59,097 nucleotides of DNA from Candidatus Omnitrophota bacterium (GCA_042571705.1 JBHPFV010000007.1:1-59097), one strand, 5' to 3'. Shown: positions 48,666 to 58,375, counted from the stretch's first letter. Made by a program: numbers and translations. The notes: generated by a model from the letters alone, not told the origin.

Positions 48666-49039
48666 CCCCCAATATTTTCTTCTACTAAATTAAGAAGTTC
48701 TTCTATGCTCATATCTTTGCTTAAGAAACGGCGCCCGCCGATCATGCCTGCTTGATCAGCTATTTCTTCCTTAGTTACGGTGCCGGTCAAAAAGACGATG
48801 GGAATGGCCTTAAGCTTCTGATCTGATTCTATTCTATGAGCTATTTCACCTCCATCCGTAGCTGGGAACATGATATCCAATAGAATAAGATCGGGGTTAG
48901 CTTTTTGGACAGCAGCAAGAGCCTGTTTTTCATCGTTCTCTGTTGTGACTTCATATTTACCGGTTCGCTCAAGGTGCATTTTAATCATCTTCGTATAGCT
49001 TTCGTCATCGTCAATTAGTAATATCTTTTTCTTAGCCAT
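48662..49039 (-). CDS. Single-domain response regulator
   Basis: ILLIDDD, PDLILLDIMFP, IPIVFLT, FLSK. Confidence 0.9.
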   Translation of the reverse strand: MAKKKILLIDDDESYTKMIKMHLERTGKYEVTTENDEKQALAAVQKANPDLILLDIMFPATDGGEIAHRIESDQKLKAIPIVFLTGTVTKEEIADQAGMIGGRRFLSKDMSIEELLNLVEENIGG

Positions 49040-49076
49040 GCCCCCCTCCTTTTGATATTATTCTACCCCAAATAAA

Positions 49077-49125
49077 AACCCTCTGCAACATATTATATCA
49101 CAGAGGGTTAGGAAGTGAAACTCCC
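49077..49125. repeat. Recurrent palindromic boundary element, copy A (carries promoter -35)
   Basis: AACCCTCTG..CAGAGGGTT; minus-strand TTGCAG-17-TAGAAT; followed by ACTCCC. Confidence 0.7.
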
Positions 49126-49135
49126 TTAAAAACTT

Positions 49136-49345
49136 TTACTGCTCTTTCGCAATATTCACATTAATGGCGCGAGGCCCTTTGGGAGAATTCTCAACTTCGA
49201 ACTCAACTTGCTCATCTCCGCGCAAAGCATCAAAACTAGTCCCTTCAATACTGCTCTGGTGGAAGAATACCTGCCTGCCGTCTGTATCATCAATAAAGCC
49301 AAAGCCTCTATCGCGAACCAGTTTATTTATTTTTCCTTTATGCAT
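49136..49345 (-). CDS. Cold-shock domain protein (divergent subtype)
   Basis: RGFGFI, VFFHQS, VEFEVE..PKGPRA; start at ATG 49345 after AAGGAG. Confidence 0.92.
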   Translation of the reverse strand: MHKGKINKLVRDRGFGFIDDTDGRQVFFHQSSIEGTSFDALRGDEQVEFEVENSPKGPRAINVNIAKEQ

Positions 49346-49379
49346 CTCGTATCTCCTTAATACCCTTGCGGGGCACAAG

Positions 49380-49420
49380 TGCAAATAAGGCCCGGAGATT
49401 TTTACCGGGCCTTATTTGCA
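49380..49420 (-). terminator. Terminator-like hairpin after csp, homologous to 4933-4967
   Basis: 16-bp arms TGCAAATAAGGCCCGG/CCGGGCCTTATTTGCA; weak U-tract. Confidence 0.7.
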
Positions 49421-49426
49421 TCTACG

Positions 49427-49627
49427 CTATATCTTCACTACATTGGTGGCTTGTTCACCTTTAGGGCCCTGTTGAACTTCAAATTCAACTTGCTGACCTT
49501 CGTCTAAAGACTTATAACCGTCACCCTGAATGACGCTGTGATGCACGAAAACATCTTTGCCTGATTCAGAACTAATAAATCCGTAGCCTTTTTGGTTACT
49601 AAACCATTTGACTGTTCCTTTTTCCAT
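49427..49627 (-). CDS. cspA: Cold-shock protein, close paralogue of 4982-5182
   Basis: Differs from copy 1 at only 4 of 66 residues. Confidence 0.96.
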   Translation of the reverse strand: MEKGTVKWFSNQKGYGFISSESGKDVFVHHSVIQGDGYKSLDEGQQVEFEVQQGPKGEQATNVVKI

Positions 49628-49779
49628 TACTTACTACACCTCCTTTTCAACAAATTATAGTAAATAATGGCAGAAACAAAAAAGCCGTAAGGCGACTTTT
49701 TCTTTACCTTACGGTCCAAGACTTCAATCCCTCTATTTACTACTGAGTTTAGTCTACTACACTTTACTCACTTTGTCAA
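49628..49779 (-). promoter_or_regulatory. csp promoter and conserved structured 5' leader (copy 2)
   Basis: TTGACA-17-TAGACT (49779-49751); leader homologous to 5183-5300. Confidence 0.7.
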
Positions 49780-49828
49780 CTAAAAATGTAAAAAAGTGTA
49801 ATTCCGCATAATTCCGGGGACAGATCAC

Positions 49829-51961
49829 TTAAACTTTCGATCTGCGTAATCTCAGGGCATTGCCAATCACCGATACCGAACTAAAGCTCATTGCCGCTCC
49901 GGCAATCATCGGATTAAGCAATACTCCTAAGAAAGGATACAGCGCCCCTGCGGCAATAGGGATGCCAATGGCATTATAAACAAAAGCGAAGAAAAGGTTC
50001 TGTTTAATATTTTTCATTACCGCTTTACTTAAACGCAGGGCTTTGACTATTCCCTCAAGATCACCTTTGACTAATGTTATTCCCGCGCTTTCAATAGCCA
50101 CATCTGTTCCTGTGCCCATGGCGATGCCAACTGCGGCTTCGGCTAATGCGGGCGCATCATTGATGCCGTCGCCGGCAACCATAACCATAGCACCTTCACG
50201 CCTAAGCTGTTTAACGATTTCTTGTTTATCTTGAGGCTCCAATTCAGCCCGGACATCATCAATCTCCAACTCCTTGGCAATTGCCTCAGCAGTGTGACGA
50301 TTATCGCCGGTAAGCATAATAATCTTTAAGCCCATATTATGTAGTGCTTTTATAGCAGCATGGGTAGTTTCTTTTATGGGGTCAGAAATACCGAGTATGC
50401 CTATTAGCTCTTGATCGTGCGCTACCCAAACCACTGTTTGTGCTTTTTGATACAGTAGAGCAGCTTTATTGATCAGCTCAACAGACGGTTTAATATTAAA
50501 ACTTTCAATAAACTTTTGCTTTCCAAGTAATGCTGTCTTTCCCTGCAGCGTCCCTTTAACGCCGCCCCCGGTTACTGATTGAAAATCACTCACAGGCTCA
50601 AAATCAACATTTTTTTCTTCTGCATAGTCAGTGATAGCCTGGGCTAAGGGATGTTCGCTGTTTTGTTCAAGCGCGGCGGCTATATTTATTAAAGACTTTT
50701 CATCGCCATAAGTTGCGCTGATGCAGGCGGTTACCTGCGGTTTTCCCGCTGTCAAAGTCCCGGTCTTATCAGTGAGTAGATGGGTAATTTTCTCTGCCTT
50801 CTCTATTGCTTCGGCATTCTTAATCAAAATGCCGGTTTGCGCCCCTTTACCCACACCTACCATTACTGACATTGGCGTGGCCAAACCCAATGCGCAGGGA
50901 CAGGCAATAATTAAAACAGAGATCGCGCTGACTAACGCATAGGCTAAGGCCGGTTCCGGGCCCCAAATAGTCCAAGCAATAAAGGCGCCCAGCGCGCAAA
51001 CCACAACTGCCGGCACAAAATAACCTGAAACTTGATCAGCAAGTTTTTGTATCGGAGCCCGGCTGCGCTGAGCCTCAGCGACCATCCGCACAATCTGAGC
51101 CAGAAGCGTTTCTTGGCCGATTTTCTCAGTGCGCATGATGAAAGCGCCGGTTTGATTAACTGTGGCGCCGATAACACGATCACCAACTTTTTTTGATACA
51201 GGCATGGGTTCGCCTGAGATCATCGACTCATCAACAGTGCTCCTGCCCTCAATAATAATGCCGTCTAGAGGTATTTTCTCTCCGGGCCGAACACGCAAAA
51301 GATCGCCCTTTTTAACCAAATCTATGCTTATTTCTTCCTCAACACTATTTATAATACGGTGAGCATTCTTAGCCGCAAGACCAAGCAAGGCCCTGATGGC
51401 ATAACCTGTTCTGCGCCGCGCTTTGGCCTCTAATAATTGGCCTAACATCACCAACACAGTAATTACTGTCGCCGCCTCAAAATAGAGGCCGATTTCTCCT
51501 CCCCGTTTTAGTGATTCCGGAAATACTCCTGGAAAAATAACCGCTATGGCACTAAATCCAAAGGCCGCGCCCACTCCCAAAGCTATGAGAGTAAACATAT
51601 TCGGACTTTTATTCAGAATAGAATTCCAGGCCCTGACAAAAAATATTCCACCTACCCAAAAAACAACAGCTGTGGATAATATTAACTGCGCCCAACGCGA
51701 AACAGCAACAGGCACCAATACCGAAAGATCAAGCCCCGGGATCATTTCACCCAAGGCTAAAATAAAAACCGGGATTGTCAGGATTAAACCAAGCCAGAAC
51801 TTTTTAGATAAAGCACGCTCCTCGCCATCGTCTACTTCAGAGCTAATGTGCTTGGGCTCAAGCGGCATTCCGCATTTTGAGCAGTCTCCTGGTTGATCCT
51901 GCTCAATTTCAGGATGCATCGGGCAGGTATAAGAGGTGGGAACAGGATACTTAATTACCAT
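49829..51961 (-). CDS. copA: Copper-translocating P1B-type ATPase
   Basis: [35 protein letters not shown] and MSFSS Cu+ motifs. Confidence 0.95.
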   Translation of the reverse strand: MVIKYPVPTSYTCPMHPEIEQDQPGDCSKCGMPLEPKHISSEVDDGEERALSKKFWLGLILTIPVFILALGEMIPGLDLSVLVPVAVSRWAQLILSTAVVFWVGGIFFVRAWNSILNKSPNMFTLIALGVGAAFGFSAIAVIFPGVFPESLKRGGEIGLYFEAATVITVLVMLGQLLEAKARRRTGYAIRALLGLAAKNAHRIINSVEEEISIDLVKKGDLLRVRPGEKIPLDGIIIEGRSTVDESMISGEPMPVSKKVGDRVIGATVNQTGAFIMRTEKIGQETLLAQIVRMVAEAQRSRAPIQKLADQVSGYFVPAVVVCALGAFIAWTIWGPEPALAYALVSAISVLIIACPCALGLATPMSVMVGVGKGAQTGILIKNAEAIEKAEKITHLLTDKTGTLTAGKPQVTACISATYGDEKSLINIAAALEQNSEHPLAQAITDYAEEKNVDFEPVSDFQSVTGGGVKGTLQGKTALLGKQKFIESFNIKPSVELINKAALLYQKAQTVVWVAHDQELIGILGISDPIKETTHAAIKALHNMGLKIIMLTGDNRHTAEAIAKELEIDDVRAELEPQDKQEIVKQLRREGAMVMVAGDGINDAPALAEAAVGIAMGTGTDVAIESAGITLVKGDLEGIVKALRLSKAVMKNIKQNLFFAFVYNAIGIPIAAGALYPFLGVLLNPMIAGAAMSFSSVSVIGNALRLRRSKV

Positions 51962-51970
51962 ACAATGACC

Positions 51971-52927
51971 TTAGAGCATTGATTGAATCAGATTAAACAA
52001 ATAACCTGTGATGATAATAGCTAATGTTGTTACACCAAAAAAGATCGCTATTAACTGCAATTTCATTGCCCGCCTTAAGATTACAGCTTCGGGAAAGCTC
52101 AAAGCGGCTGTGGCCATCATAAAAGCCAATGCCGTTCCCAGCGGAAGGCCTTTTCTGAACAAGACAACAGCTATCGGCACAATTGCCGCACAACTACCAT
52201 ACATCGGCACGCCAAGTATGGTCGCGATAGGAACCGAAAAAGGCCCGGTTTTACTTATTATGCTTTGTATTGTTTCTTGAGGAATGTAGTTATGGATAAA
52301 TGAACCTATCCCTACTCCCAACAACACCCACATCCATAGCTTCTTTGTAATCGACTTGGCTTCATCTATCCCAAAGATAATTCTTTCTTTTATTCCGTTG
52401 TAAACCTTTTCTTTGGCTTGCTGTTTATCTTCTGAAACAAGACCCTGAACAAGATATCTCTCCAAATGCATCCGGCCCAAGATCAGACCTGAGCTAACTC
52501 CTATTGTAATTCCACTCAATACATAGAGAAGAGTAATTTTCCACCCAAAAAAACCAAGCATTACTATTACTAAATACTCGTTAATTAAAGGTGAAGTTAT
52601 TAAGAATGAAAAGGTCACCCCTAACGGCATACCCACTTCTAAGAAACTTAAAAAAATAGGTATCGATGAACACGAACAGAATGGGGTAATAGAACCAAAA
52701 ATCGAAGCAAGAAGATTCCCTAATGCCTTTTTCTTACTAATCCAAACCTTGACTTTATTTTGGGATATATAACTTCTGATAAAACCAATGACTGCTATCA
52801 TAGAAAATAGCAGCAATAGTATTTTTATAGAATCATATAAAAAGAAATTGACTACTCCACCCAGCTTGGATTCCGGGTGAAATCCAAAAACAGAATAAAC
52901 TAACCAGTCGATTATTAGCTGCAACAC
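51971..52927 (-). CDS. ArsP/DUF318 family permease
   Basis: TPFCSCSSIP, SFLITSP, GVPMY, GTALAFMM, LSFPE. Confidence 0.88.
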   Translation of the reverse strand: MLQLIIDWLVYSVFGFHPESKLGGVVNFFLYDSIKILLLLFSMIAVIGFIRSYISQNKVKVWISKKKALGNLLASIFGSITPFCSCSSIPIFLSFLEVGMPLGVTFSFLITSPLINEYLVIVMLGFFGWKITLLYVLSGITIGVSSGLILGRMHLERYLVQGLVSEDKQQAKEKVYNGIKERIIFGIDEAKSITKKLWMWVLLGVGIGSFIHNYIPQETIQSIISKTGPFSVPIATILGVPMYGSCAAIVPIAVVLFRKGLPLGTALAFMMATAALSFPEAVILRRAMKLQLIAIFFGVTTLAIIITGYLFNLIQSML

Positions 52928-53058
52928 GACTTACCTTTATTTTCGTCTTTAGCACCACAACAAGGTTTTGTTTTAGCCTTTTCTTCCATCTTTTTATCCA
53001 ATCTTTCTATCAGCTTGCCTAAAAAGCTTTTTTTCTTAGTCTCTTTTGAGCTTTCCAT
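52915..53058 (-). CDS. 47-aa protein with two CC motifs, putatively metal-binding (not in the ORF track)
   Basis: MESSKETKKKSFLGKLIERLDKKMEEKAKTKPCCGAKDENKGKSCCS; AAGGAG RBS; overlaps the permease start. Confidence 0.75.
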   Translation of the reverse strand: MESSKETKKKSFLGKLIERLDKKMEEKAKTKPCCGAKDENKGKSCCS

Positions 53059-53097
53059 TTTTCTCTCCTTGTTTTACTTGCTACTGAAGATACAAAC

Positions 53098-53168
53098 CCC
53101 TCTGCGACATATTATATCACAGAGGGTCAAAAATTTAAACTCCCCGGGCTTGAGTCGATGTTGATAAC
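53098..53168. repeat. Recurrent boundary element, copy B
   Basis: CCCTCTGCGACATATTATATCACAGAGGG nearly identical to copy A; then ACTCCCCGGG..GTTGATAAC as in copy E. Confidence 0.72.
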
Positions 53169-53192
53169 ATAAATTAACCCGTCTCTATCTAA

Positions 53193-53525
53193 TTAATAAT
53201 TTCGGCGGGCAGCATAGGTAAAACATGCAAAGTACTTTTTCCACAACACTTCGCTAGATTTAAACTGATTCGCTCCAAAGAAGTAATCCACTACCGCTTC
53301 TCGCAAACGAGCAACCTCTTTACGACGGGCAAAACCCTTAACGCTATCTAAAGTTAAGCTGATTAGCTCCAGGATCCGTTCAGCAGCCCGCTGGCAATAA
53401 GCGCTATTACCTTTCAATCGCCAGTTAACGGCGCGCTCCACTTCACTGCCAATGTTTGCCATCTGTTCAACAAACGATAACTGGTTCCAACGGCCTTTGG
53501 CTAGTTCTTTATGCTGATAACTCAT
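53193..53525 (-). CDS. Conserved hypothetical helical protein, partner of the DUF5674-like gene
   Basis: W..LS..EQMANIGSEVERA..E..RLRE; ATGA overlap with the upstream gene. Confidence 0.7.
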   Translation of the reverse strand: MSYQHKELAKGRWNQLSFVEQMANIGSEVERAVNWRLKGNSAYCQRAAERILELISLTLDSVKGFARRKEVARLREAVVDYFFGANQFKSSEVLWKKYFACFTYAARRNY

Positions 53526-53863
53526 TGTTCAATCTTCTTTGCTACGATCTCTATTATTCTTTTAGATAGTTCTTTATTTTCTATACCGCGGCTTCTGTTG
53601 CCTTGCGACGGACGCATATTAATCATGGAATCAAACTCAACAAAGTCATCTCCCGGCATCTCCGGGTAAAAGTTAATTCCCCAAAGGCTGTTTTGCTTGG
53701 ATCCATCCTCCAGGAGCAATGCCTCTAAATCGGAGTGAAGTTCAGCATCAACCGCAATGAGCTCCCGGTCAACATCGATCACGGCTTTAACTAAATCTCC
53801 AAACCTATCGACAGCCATCTGTTTCAGCCTTGCCAGCGCCAATTTATCTGATATTATTTCCAT
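53522..53863 (-). CDS. DUF5674-like protein
   Basis: VKAVIDV..ELHSDLE.LLL.DGS.Q..LWGIN..EFDSMIN.RP.QGNRSR; start at ATG 53863. Confidence 0.75.
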   Translation of the reverse strand: MEIISDKLALARLKQMAVDRFGDLVKAVIDVDRELIAVDAELHSDLEALLLEDGSKQNSLWGINFYPEMPGDDFVEFDSMINMRPSQGNRSRGIENKELSKRIIEIVAKKIEQ

Positions 53864-53944
53864 TTTGATCAACCTTCTTTTCAATTTGCCTTAGCCCAAA
53901 GTAACACATTTTTTGCTAATTTACAAGGGCAAATTGGTCAAAAA

Positions 53945-54058
53945 ATAACCCACTGCAACTTGTTTATTTACGGTTGGTTATGTAGCTATTGAGACCTATT
54001 TTAGAAAACCAACACGACCATTGTACGGTCTGCCGTTTCTGATCACCGTTACTCCCCG
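53945..54058. repeat. Recurrent boundary element, copy C (degenerate)
   Basis: ATAACC..CTGCAACTTGTTTATTTACGG..GGTTAT; ACTCCCCG at 54051. Confidence 0.5.
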
Positions 54059-54121
54059 TAATGGCTTCTTTTGTTTTTTTAAACCATCCCGGCTATTAAC
54101 TACTTTACTTTTTGGAGGAGT

Positions 54122-54826
54122 TTAAATTCGCCCTTTTAGATACGCCTGCCTCTTTGGTCCCGGAAATCGCTCAATAGCGTATCGCAGCATTGTTCGCGGC
54201 ATCGTTTTATAATGCTTTTTCAAAAACGTTTCTTCGGTCGTTAAATCTCGTTTGCCTACTTCGCGCAACATCCAGCCTACAGCTTTATGAATCAAATCGT
54301 GAGTATCATGCAATAAAAGCCGTGCAACCTTGCAGGCATCGTGAAAATCATTGTGTTTAATATACTGGTAGGTTGCAATCATCGCAATTCTTCTCTCCCA
54401 TAAAACATTTGATTGTGCCAAATCACAAAGCGGCTTTCTGCTTTTATCCACTAAGAATGCACCGACTATATGATACGCTGACAAATCTACCAAATCCCAG
54501 TTATTTATGTATTTAGTATGTTTTAAATACAACGTGTATATTTTCACTTTATCAGAATCGTTTGCCTTAGCGTATTTTGCAACTAAAATTAAAAGAGCTG
54601 CTAATCTTTCTTCGTGTATCTTGGACTTTAAAAGTTTGGCCGTTTCAACCAAACTGATATCTGCGCACCTTTTGGCTGCTGCTCTTATATGAGGAACTTT
54701 AACGCCGATAAATTTGTCGCCTTCTGCATATTCGCCCGGCCCCGTCTTGAAAAACCACTGTAGTGTTTCCGCCTGTTTTTTACTACTACACCTTCTTAAC
54801 TCGCTACGTAGTTTATTTAATGCCAT
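54122..54826 (-). CDS. alkD: DNA alkylation repair protein (AlkD-like HEAT-repeat glycosylase)
   Basis: FFKTGPGEY.EGD.F.GV.VP, NNWDLVD, WERR, LIHKAVGWMLRE, PRTMLRYAIE. Confidence 0.85.
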   Translation of the reverse strand: MALNKLRSELRRCSSKKQAETLQWFFKTGPGEYAEGDKFIGVKVPHIRAAAKRCADISLVETAKLLKSKIHEERLAALLILVAKYAKANDSDKVKIYTLYLKHTKYINNWDLVDLSAYHIVGAFLVDKSRKPLCDLAQSNVLWERRIAMIATYQYIKHNDFHDACKVARLLLHDTHDLIHKAVGWMLREVGKRDLTTEETFLKKHYKTMPRTMLRYAIERFPGPKRQAYLKGRI

Positions 54827-54831
54827 TTTAT

Positions 54832-55257
54832 CTACACTGTGTATAATTCGGGCTGATGAACTCCGTGACTCATATATTCTATAGAGCTAGGCGTAATTTT
54901 AACCACTACGTAATTTGGGTCTTCAGGTCCCTTGAAGAACTGGCTCAACATATCACACCAGCATTTTTTCTTAGTTTCCAAATCAGTTAAAATTTCCGCT
55001 GTAGCTTCTACATTTATATAAGGAAGCTCCCAATTTTTGCTATCTGCACCGAAAGCAACATGGACGTTATTATCTTTTTTTATTTGACTTATCTTTCTTG
55101 ATGACACAAAAGCTGTAGTGTAAAGAGTTAAATCATTTTCTGGCTGCATAGCCATATAGCGTGCCCAAGGCTTTCCATCTTTTATGGTTGCGACTGACCC
55201 TATCGGATATTCCTTTATAACTTTGATAATCTTAGTTTTCAATTCATCTTTCTGCAT
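54832..55257 (-). CDS. Pyridoxamine 5'-phosphate oxidase-like / general stress protein
   Basis: VATIKDGKPWARYM, SRKISQI..N.V, FFKGPEDPNY. Confidence 0.85.
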   Translation of the reverse strand: MQKDELKTKIIKVIKEYPIGSVATIKDGKPWARYMAMQPENDLTLYTTAFVSSRKISQIKKDNNVHVAFGADSKNWELPYINVEATAEILTDLETKKKCWCDMLSQFFKGPEDPNYVVVKITPSSIEYMSHGVHQPELYTV

Positions 55258-55280
55258 AATCTTCCTCCTTCTTTTTTATC

Positions 55281-55330
55281 ATTGTACAACAAGCAAAACC
55301 ACCTTGCAACTTATTTTATTGCAAGTGGTT
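55281..55330. repeat. Recurrent boundary element, copy D (carries promoter)
   Basis: AACCAC-C-TTGCAACTTATTTTATTGCAA-GTGGTT; minus-strand TTGCAA-17-TACAAT. Confidence 0.7.
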
Positions 55331-55349
55331 AAAGACTATTACACAAAAA

Positions 55350-55381
55350 GACACTGCCCCAGTATCAATCGGGACAGTGTC
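55350..55381. repeat. Hairpin, also a direct repeat of 56165-56193
   Basis: GACACTGcCCC..GGGACAGTGTC. Confidence 0.6.
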
Positions 55382-55389
55382 TCCTATTT

Positions 55390-56082
55390 TTAGCTTGCCA
55401 CTGCAAAATATTCATCTGCCCGGGCAGTAATCTCTTGTAAACTCTTTTCCAAATCCAACATTTTTTTAACACGCGTTTTTCCATTTGCATCTTGAGGCAC
55501 ATAAATCGGCTCGCCCAGAATAACAATTCCCCGGCTAAAAGGAGCAGGGAGAATAAACCTATCCCAAGTATTCAATATTTTCTTCCTGCTCACGCTAAAT
55601 GTAATAGGGATAATGGGGCATTTAGTCTTCTGAGCAAGATAAATTACTCCCCTCTTTACTTTATATCTTGGGCCTCGAGAGCCGTCTGGAGCAATCCAAG
55701 CGTTATACCCGGAATTTATCTTCTGAATTAACCTACGCAATCCTTCCTTACCATCTTTCTTGTTTGAACCACGGATAATTTCAAGGTTTAAGTCTCTTAT
55801 AACTCTAGTTACATACTCTCCGGCATGATTATTACTTATCAGGACACAAGTTTTCTCTTCCGTAAGAAAACTACGGTAATAAAAGAAGACGAGCATTAAG
55901 CAGTTGTGCCAGAACACATAGATTACATTTTGTCCTTTTGGGACAACAGGATTATGGGGCTGACTGATAATCTTAAATTTTATTGTTTTACCCCAAAGCA
56001 TAATTAGCCTTCCGGTCAAGAAAGACCCCGATCGTACCAACAAAAAATTTTTAACTCTTTTCACCGCTTTAGGCAACTTCAT
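55390..56082 (-). CDS. DUF374 / lysophospholipid acyltransferase family protein
   Basis: YVFWH, LIS...GE, IRGS, PDGSRGP, GVIYLAQ, TWDRFILP.PF. Confidence 0.85.
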   Translation of the reverse strand: MKLPKAVKRVKNFLLVRSGSFLTGRLIMLWGKTIKFKIISQPHNPVVPKGQNVIYVFWHNCLMLVFFYYRSFLTEEKTCVLISNNHAGEYVTRVIRDLNLEIIRGSNKKDGKEGLRRLIQKINSGYNAWIAPDGSRGPRYKVKRGVIYLAQKTKCPIIPITFSVSRKKILNTWDRFILPAPFSRGIVILGEPIYVPQDANGKTRVKKMLDLEKSLQEITARADEYFAVAS

Positions 56083-56164
56083 AATTTAAGGCTCGACCAC
56101 AATAAAATCTGTGATTTTCTTTCCTTTACCATTCGTATAATAGACGTTATCCGAACTGTTCGCA

Positions 56165-56193
56165 ACACTGCCCTATTTTTAATCGGGACAGCG
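56165..56193. repeat. Second copy of ACACTGCCC..AATCGGGACAG
   Basis: Matches 55351-55380. Confidence 0.55.
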
Positions 56194-56293
56194 CATTTAC
56201 ATATTATATCCCGCTAAACCAAAAAAAGCCAATTAAAAAGAAAAAGCGCCGCTTTTATCGACGCTTCTTCAAATATAGAGAAATAACTATCGT

Positions 56294-56731
56294 TTAACCA
56301 ATGATGCTTGGCTTGAAGTTTTCATCTAGCCATAGCGCAACTATCTTCTTTACTGGAAACCCCCACGAAACAATAACATTGACAGCCTTTCGTAAATGTT
56401 CCTTTTGTAGATCTTCATTTTCATGTAATCCTGCGCAACCATAGTGCGCAGGATTACCTGCGCAACCATAGTGCGCAGGATTACCTGCGCAATCATAATG
56501 TGCCACAACAGCTATAATCTGTGAATTGTGTTTCTTTACGGAAACTTTTACTTTTTCCCTTATAAATTCAATAATATTTACGTTCTTACCTTCCGATAAT
56601 ATTTTATTAGGTCCCGGCTCTGTAATCATATCAACATAATCAACGCCAAAACGCTTTTGCATATATTCTGTAACTGGTTTTTGAGCGCGCCCATCTATAC
56701 AATTTATGGCGGTAGCAAATTCTTTAGCCAT
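56294..56731 (-). CDS. Beta-carbonic-anhydrase-like protein with a triplicated HxxC motif
   Basis: CIDGR, DMITEPG, HYDCAGNP. Confidence 0.75.
   Translation of the reverse strand: MAKEFATAINCIDGRAQKPVTEYMQKRFGVDYVDMITEPGPNKILSEGKNVNIIEFIREKVKVSVKKHNSQIIAVVAHYDCAGNPAHYGCAGNPAHYGCAGLHENEDLQKEHLRKAVNVIVSWGFPVKKIVALWLDENFKPSIIG
56430..56503 (-). repeat. 27-bp in-frame tandem repeat, ~2.7 copies
   Basis: CCTGCGCAACCATAGTGCGCAGGATTA twice plus a variant copy. Confidence 0.9.
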
Positions 56732-56850
56732 ATATTCACCTCTCTCTACATTGCCTCGGCAAACTCAGGACGATACTTAGCCACACCTGAAATTGTCTGT
56801 ACTTTTGTTTTAAAAAGAATCTGCCCTAAGATTTTATTATTTTCCCAGTT

Positions 56851-57093
56851 TTATCCAATAATTCGTAACGCAAAATACGGGACAATGTTGAACATAAACA
56901 CGGCTATCTTGAAGAACATTGCGCCAGCATAGTGAATCTCATCAAATCTCTCAACCGACAACTTAAGAAACTTGCTATGGAATTTATAGACAAAATCATG
57001 CAATACTGTAATAGCGAAAAACCACCAAAGAAGTATTCCTATATTGATTATTGAGCACCAGCCTAACACTGCACGTATCGTTTCAATTGTCAT
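56851..57093 (-). CDS. DUF6868-like small membrane protein
   Basis: LGWCSIINIGILLWWF..H..F.LS.E.FD.IHY..M.FFKI..FN.VPY.AL. Confidence 0.75.
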   Translation of the reverse strand: MTIETIRAVLGWCSIINIGILLWWFFAITVLHDFVYKFHSKFLKLSVERFDEIHYAGAMFFKIAVFMFNIVPYFALRIIG

Positions 57094-57166
57094 GCAACAC
57101 CTCCTCTTTTAAAATATTATATTCCAAACAAAAACACCAAATTGGACGAATTTCGCAACTGGTTAT

Positions 57167-58375
57167 CTACTGCAAAACATCAGATACTAAATCTAAATAG
57201 TCTCGTAAAAGCCTTGTAGTAAGAAAATTCTCTCTTACGTATTCCTTGGCCTTCCTTCCCATTTCTTGAGCTAATTTTTTATCCTGAAGCAACTTTACAA
57301 TTCTATCAGCACACATGTTATAATTATGAGGGTCAACCAAAAATCCATTTTTACCGTCTTTAATTTGATATGGAATACCGCCAACATTTCCGGCAACAAC
57401 CGGCTTCCCTTTCCAGAGTGCTTCTGTTACAGTAAGAGCAAATCCCTCTTTCACTGACTTTTGGATTATTACATCAGAAAACCGTTGAACCGCATTTACC
57501 AGAATGTCATTATTTCCCACAACAAATAATACATCTCCCTTTTCTACAAGATTTCTGGCTTTTTTATGCATTCTGTCATATATATTCATACCTTCGGGAT
57601 CATCCGTAGCTAAGTTATAGCAATATAAAAGCCGGCAATCTACCTTTTCCTTTACTAACTTATATACCTCCAATACGCCCTCCGGGTCTTTCCATAGATC
57701 CATCCTAGAAATCTGGGTAATGATTGGCTTATCTGTAGGGATTTTTGCTTTCTTAATGTATTTTAAAATTTCCTGTTCCGACAAATCTCTGTTTTTTAGA
57801 GAAAGCGGATCAATGGCAGGATGAATAACTCTTTGCTCAACTGGCAAATCTCTCTTTATATACTTCTCGCTAGAGACAATTATTAGATCATATCTGATAA
57901 TAAATTTCTTAAGAAAATCCCATAATTCCTGGTTCGGATTGGAAAGATCAATATGGCATCTCCATATCCAAGGCTGCTGTTTTTTGTAGAATTTTATAAG
58001 CGGGAGTGGTTGCGGATCATGCACAATTATACAATCGTATTTGAGATGGGTATATCCCGCAAATTCCTGGTTTACATCCGTATAAACCATCTTTTTCATA
58101 TCAGAGAGTTCAATTGAACCACTTTGCAGCGCATTGTGAAATCCTTTTGTTACATCAAAGAATGCTGGATTCCCATGAATAATACGCCAGTCTGCATCAG
58201 TAACTTCGTTCATCAGCGGCACCAGCCGGCTTAATATTTCAGCCACACCTCCTCCTAAAAATGTGGAGTTTATATGGCAGATGTGTTTGTTGTAAATTTT
58301 TTGTGCCTTTTTATAAATATCAGATATAACCTTTTCTCCAACTATGTCTATATAATCTCCCAGACTCCTTATCAT
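57167..58375 (-). CDS. treT: GT4 glycosyltransferase, TreT (trehalose synthase)-like
   Basis: INST..GGGVAEIL, VHDPQP, WRCHID, SR.D.WKD, EGFALTVTEALWKG. Confidence 0.75.
   Translation of the reverse strand: MIRSLGDYIDIVGEKVISDIYKKAQKIYNKHICHINSTFLGGGVAEILSRLVPLMNEVTDADWRIIHGNPAFFDVTKGFHNALQSGSIELSDMKKMVYTDVNQEFAGYTHLKYDCIIVHDPQPLPLIKFYKKQQPWIWRCHIDLSNPNQELWDFLKKFIIRYDLIIVSSEKYIKRDLPVEQRVIHPAIDPLSLKNRDLSEQEILKYIKKAKIPTDKPIITQISRMDLWKDPEGVLEVYKLVKEKVDCRLLYCYNLATDDPEGMNIYDRMHKKARNLVEKGDVLFVVGNNDILVNAVQRFSDVIIQKSVKEGFALTVTEALWKGKPVVAGNVGGIPYQIKDGKNGFLVDPHNYNMCADRIVKLLQDKKLAQEMGRKAKEYVRENFLTTRLLRDYLDLVSDVLQ

Noticed and set aside
48108-48755. Plus-strand Leu/Phe/His-rich and Ser/Cys-rich ORFs
   Set aside because: Antisense readings of the E/Q/M repeat; the minus frame has a signal peptide and operon coupling
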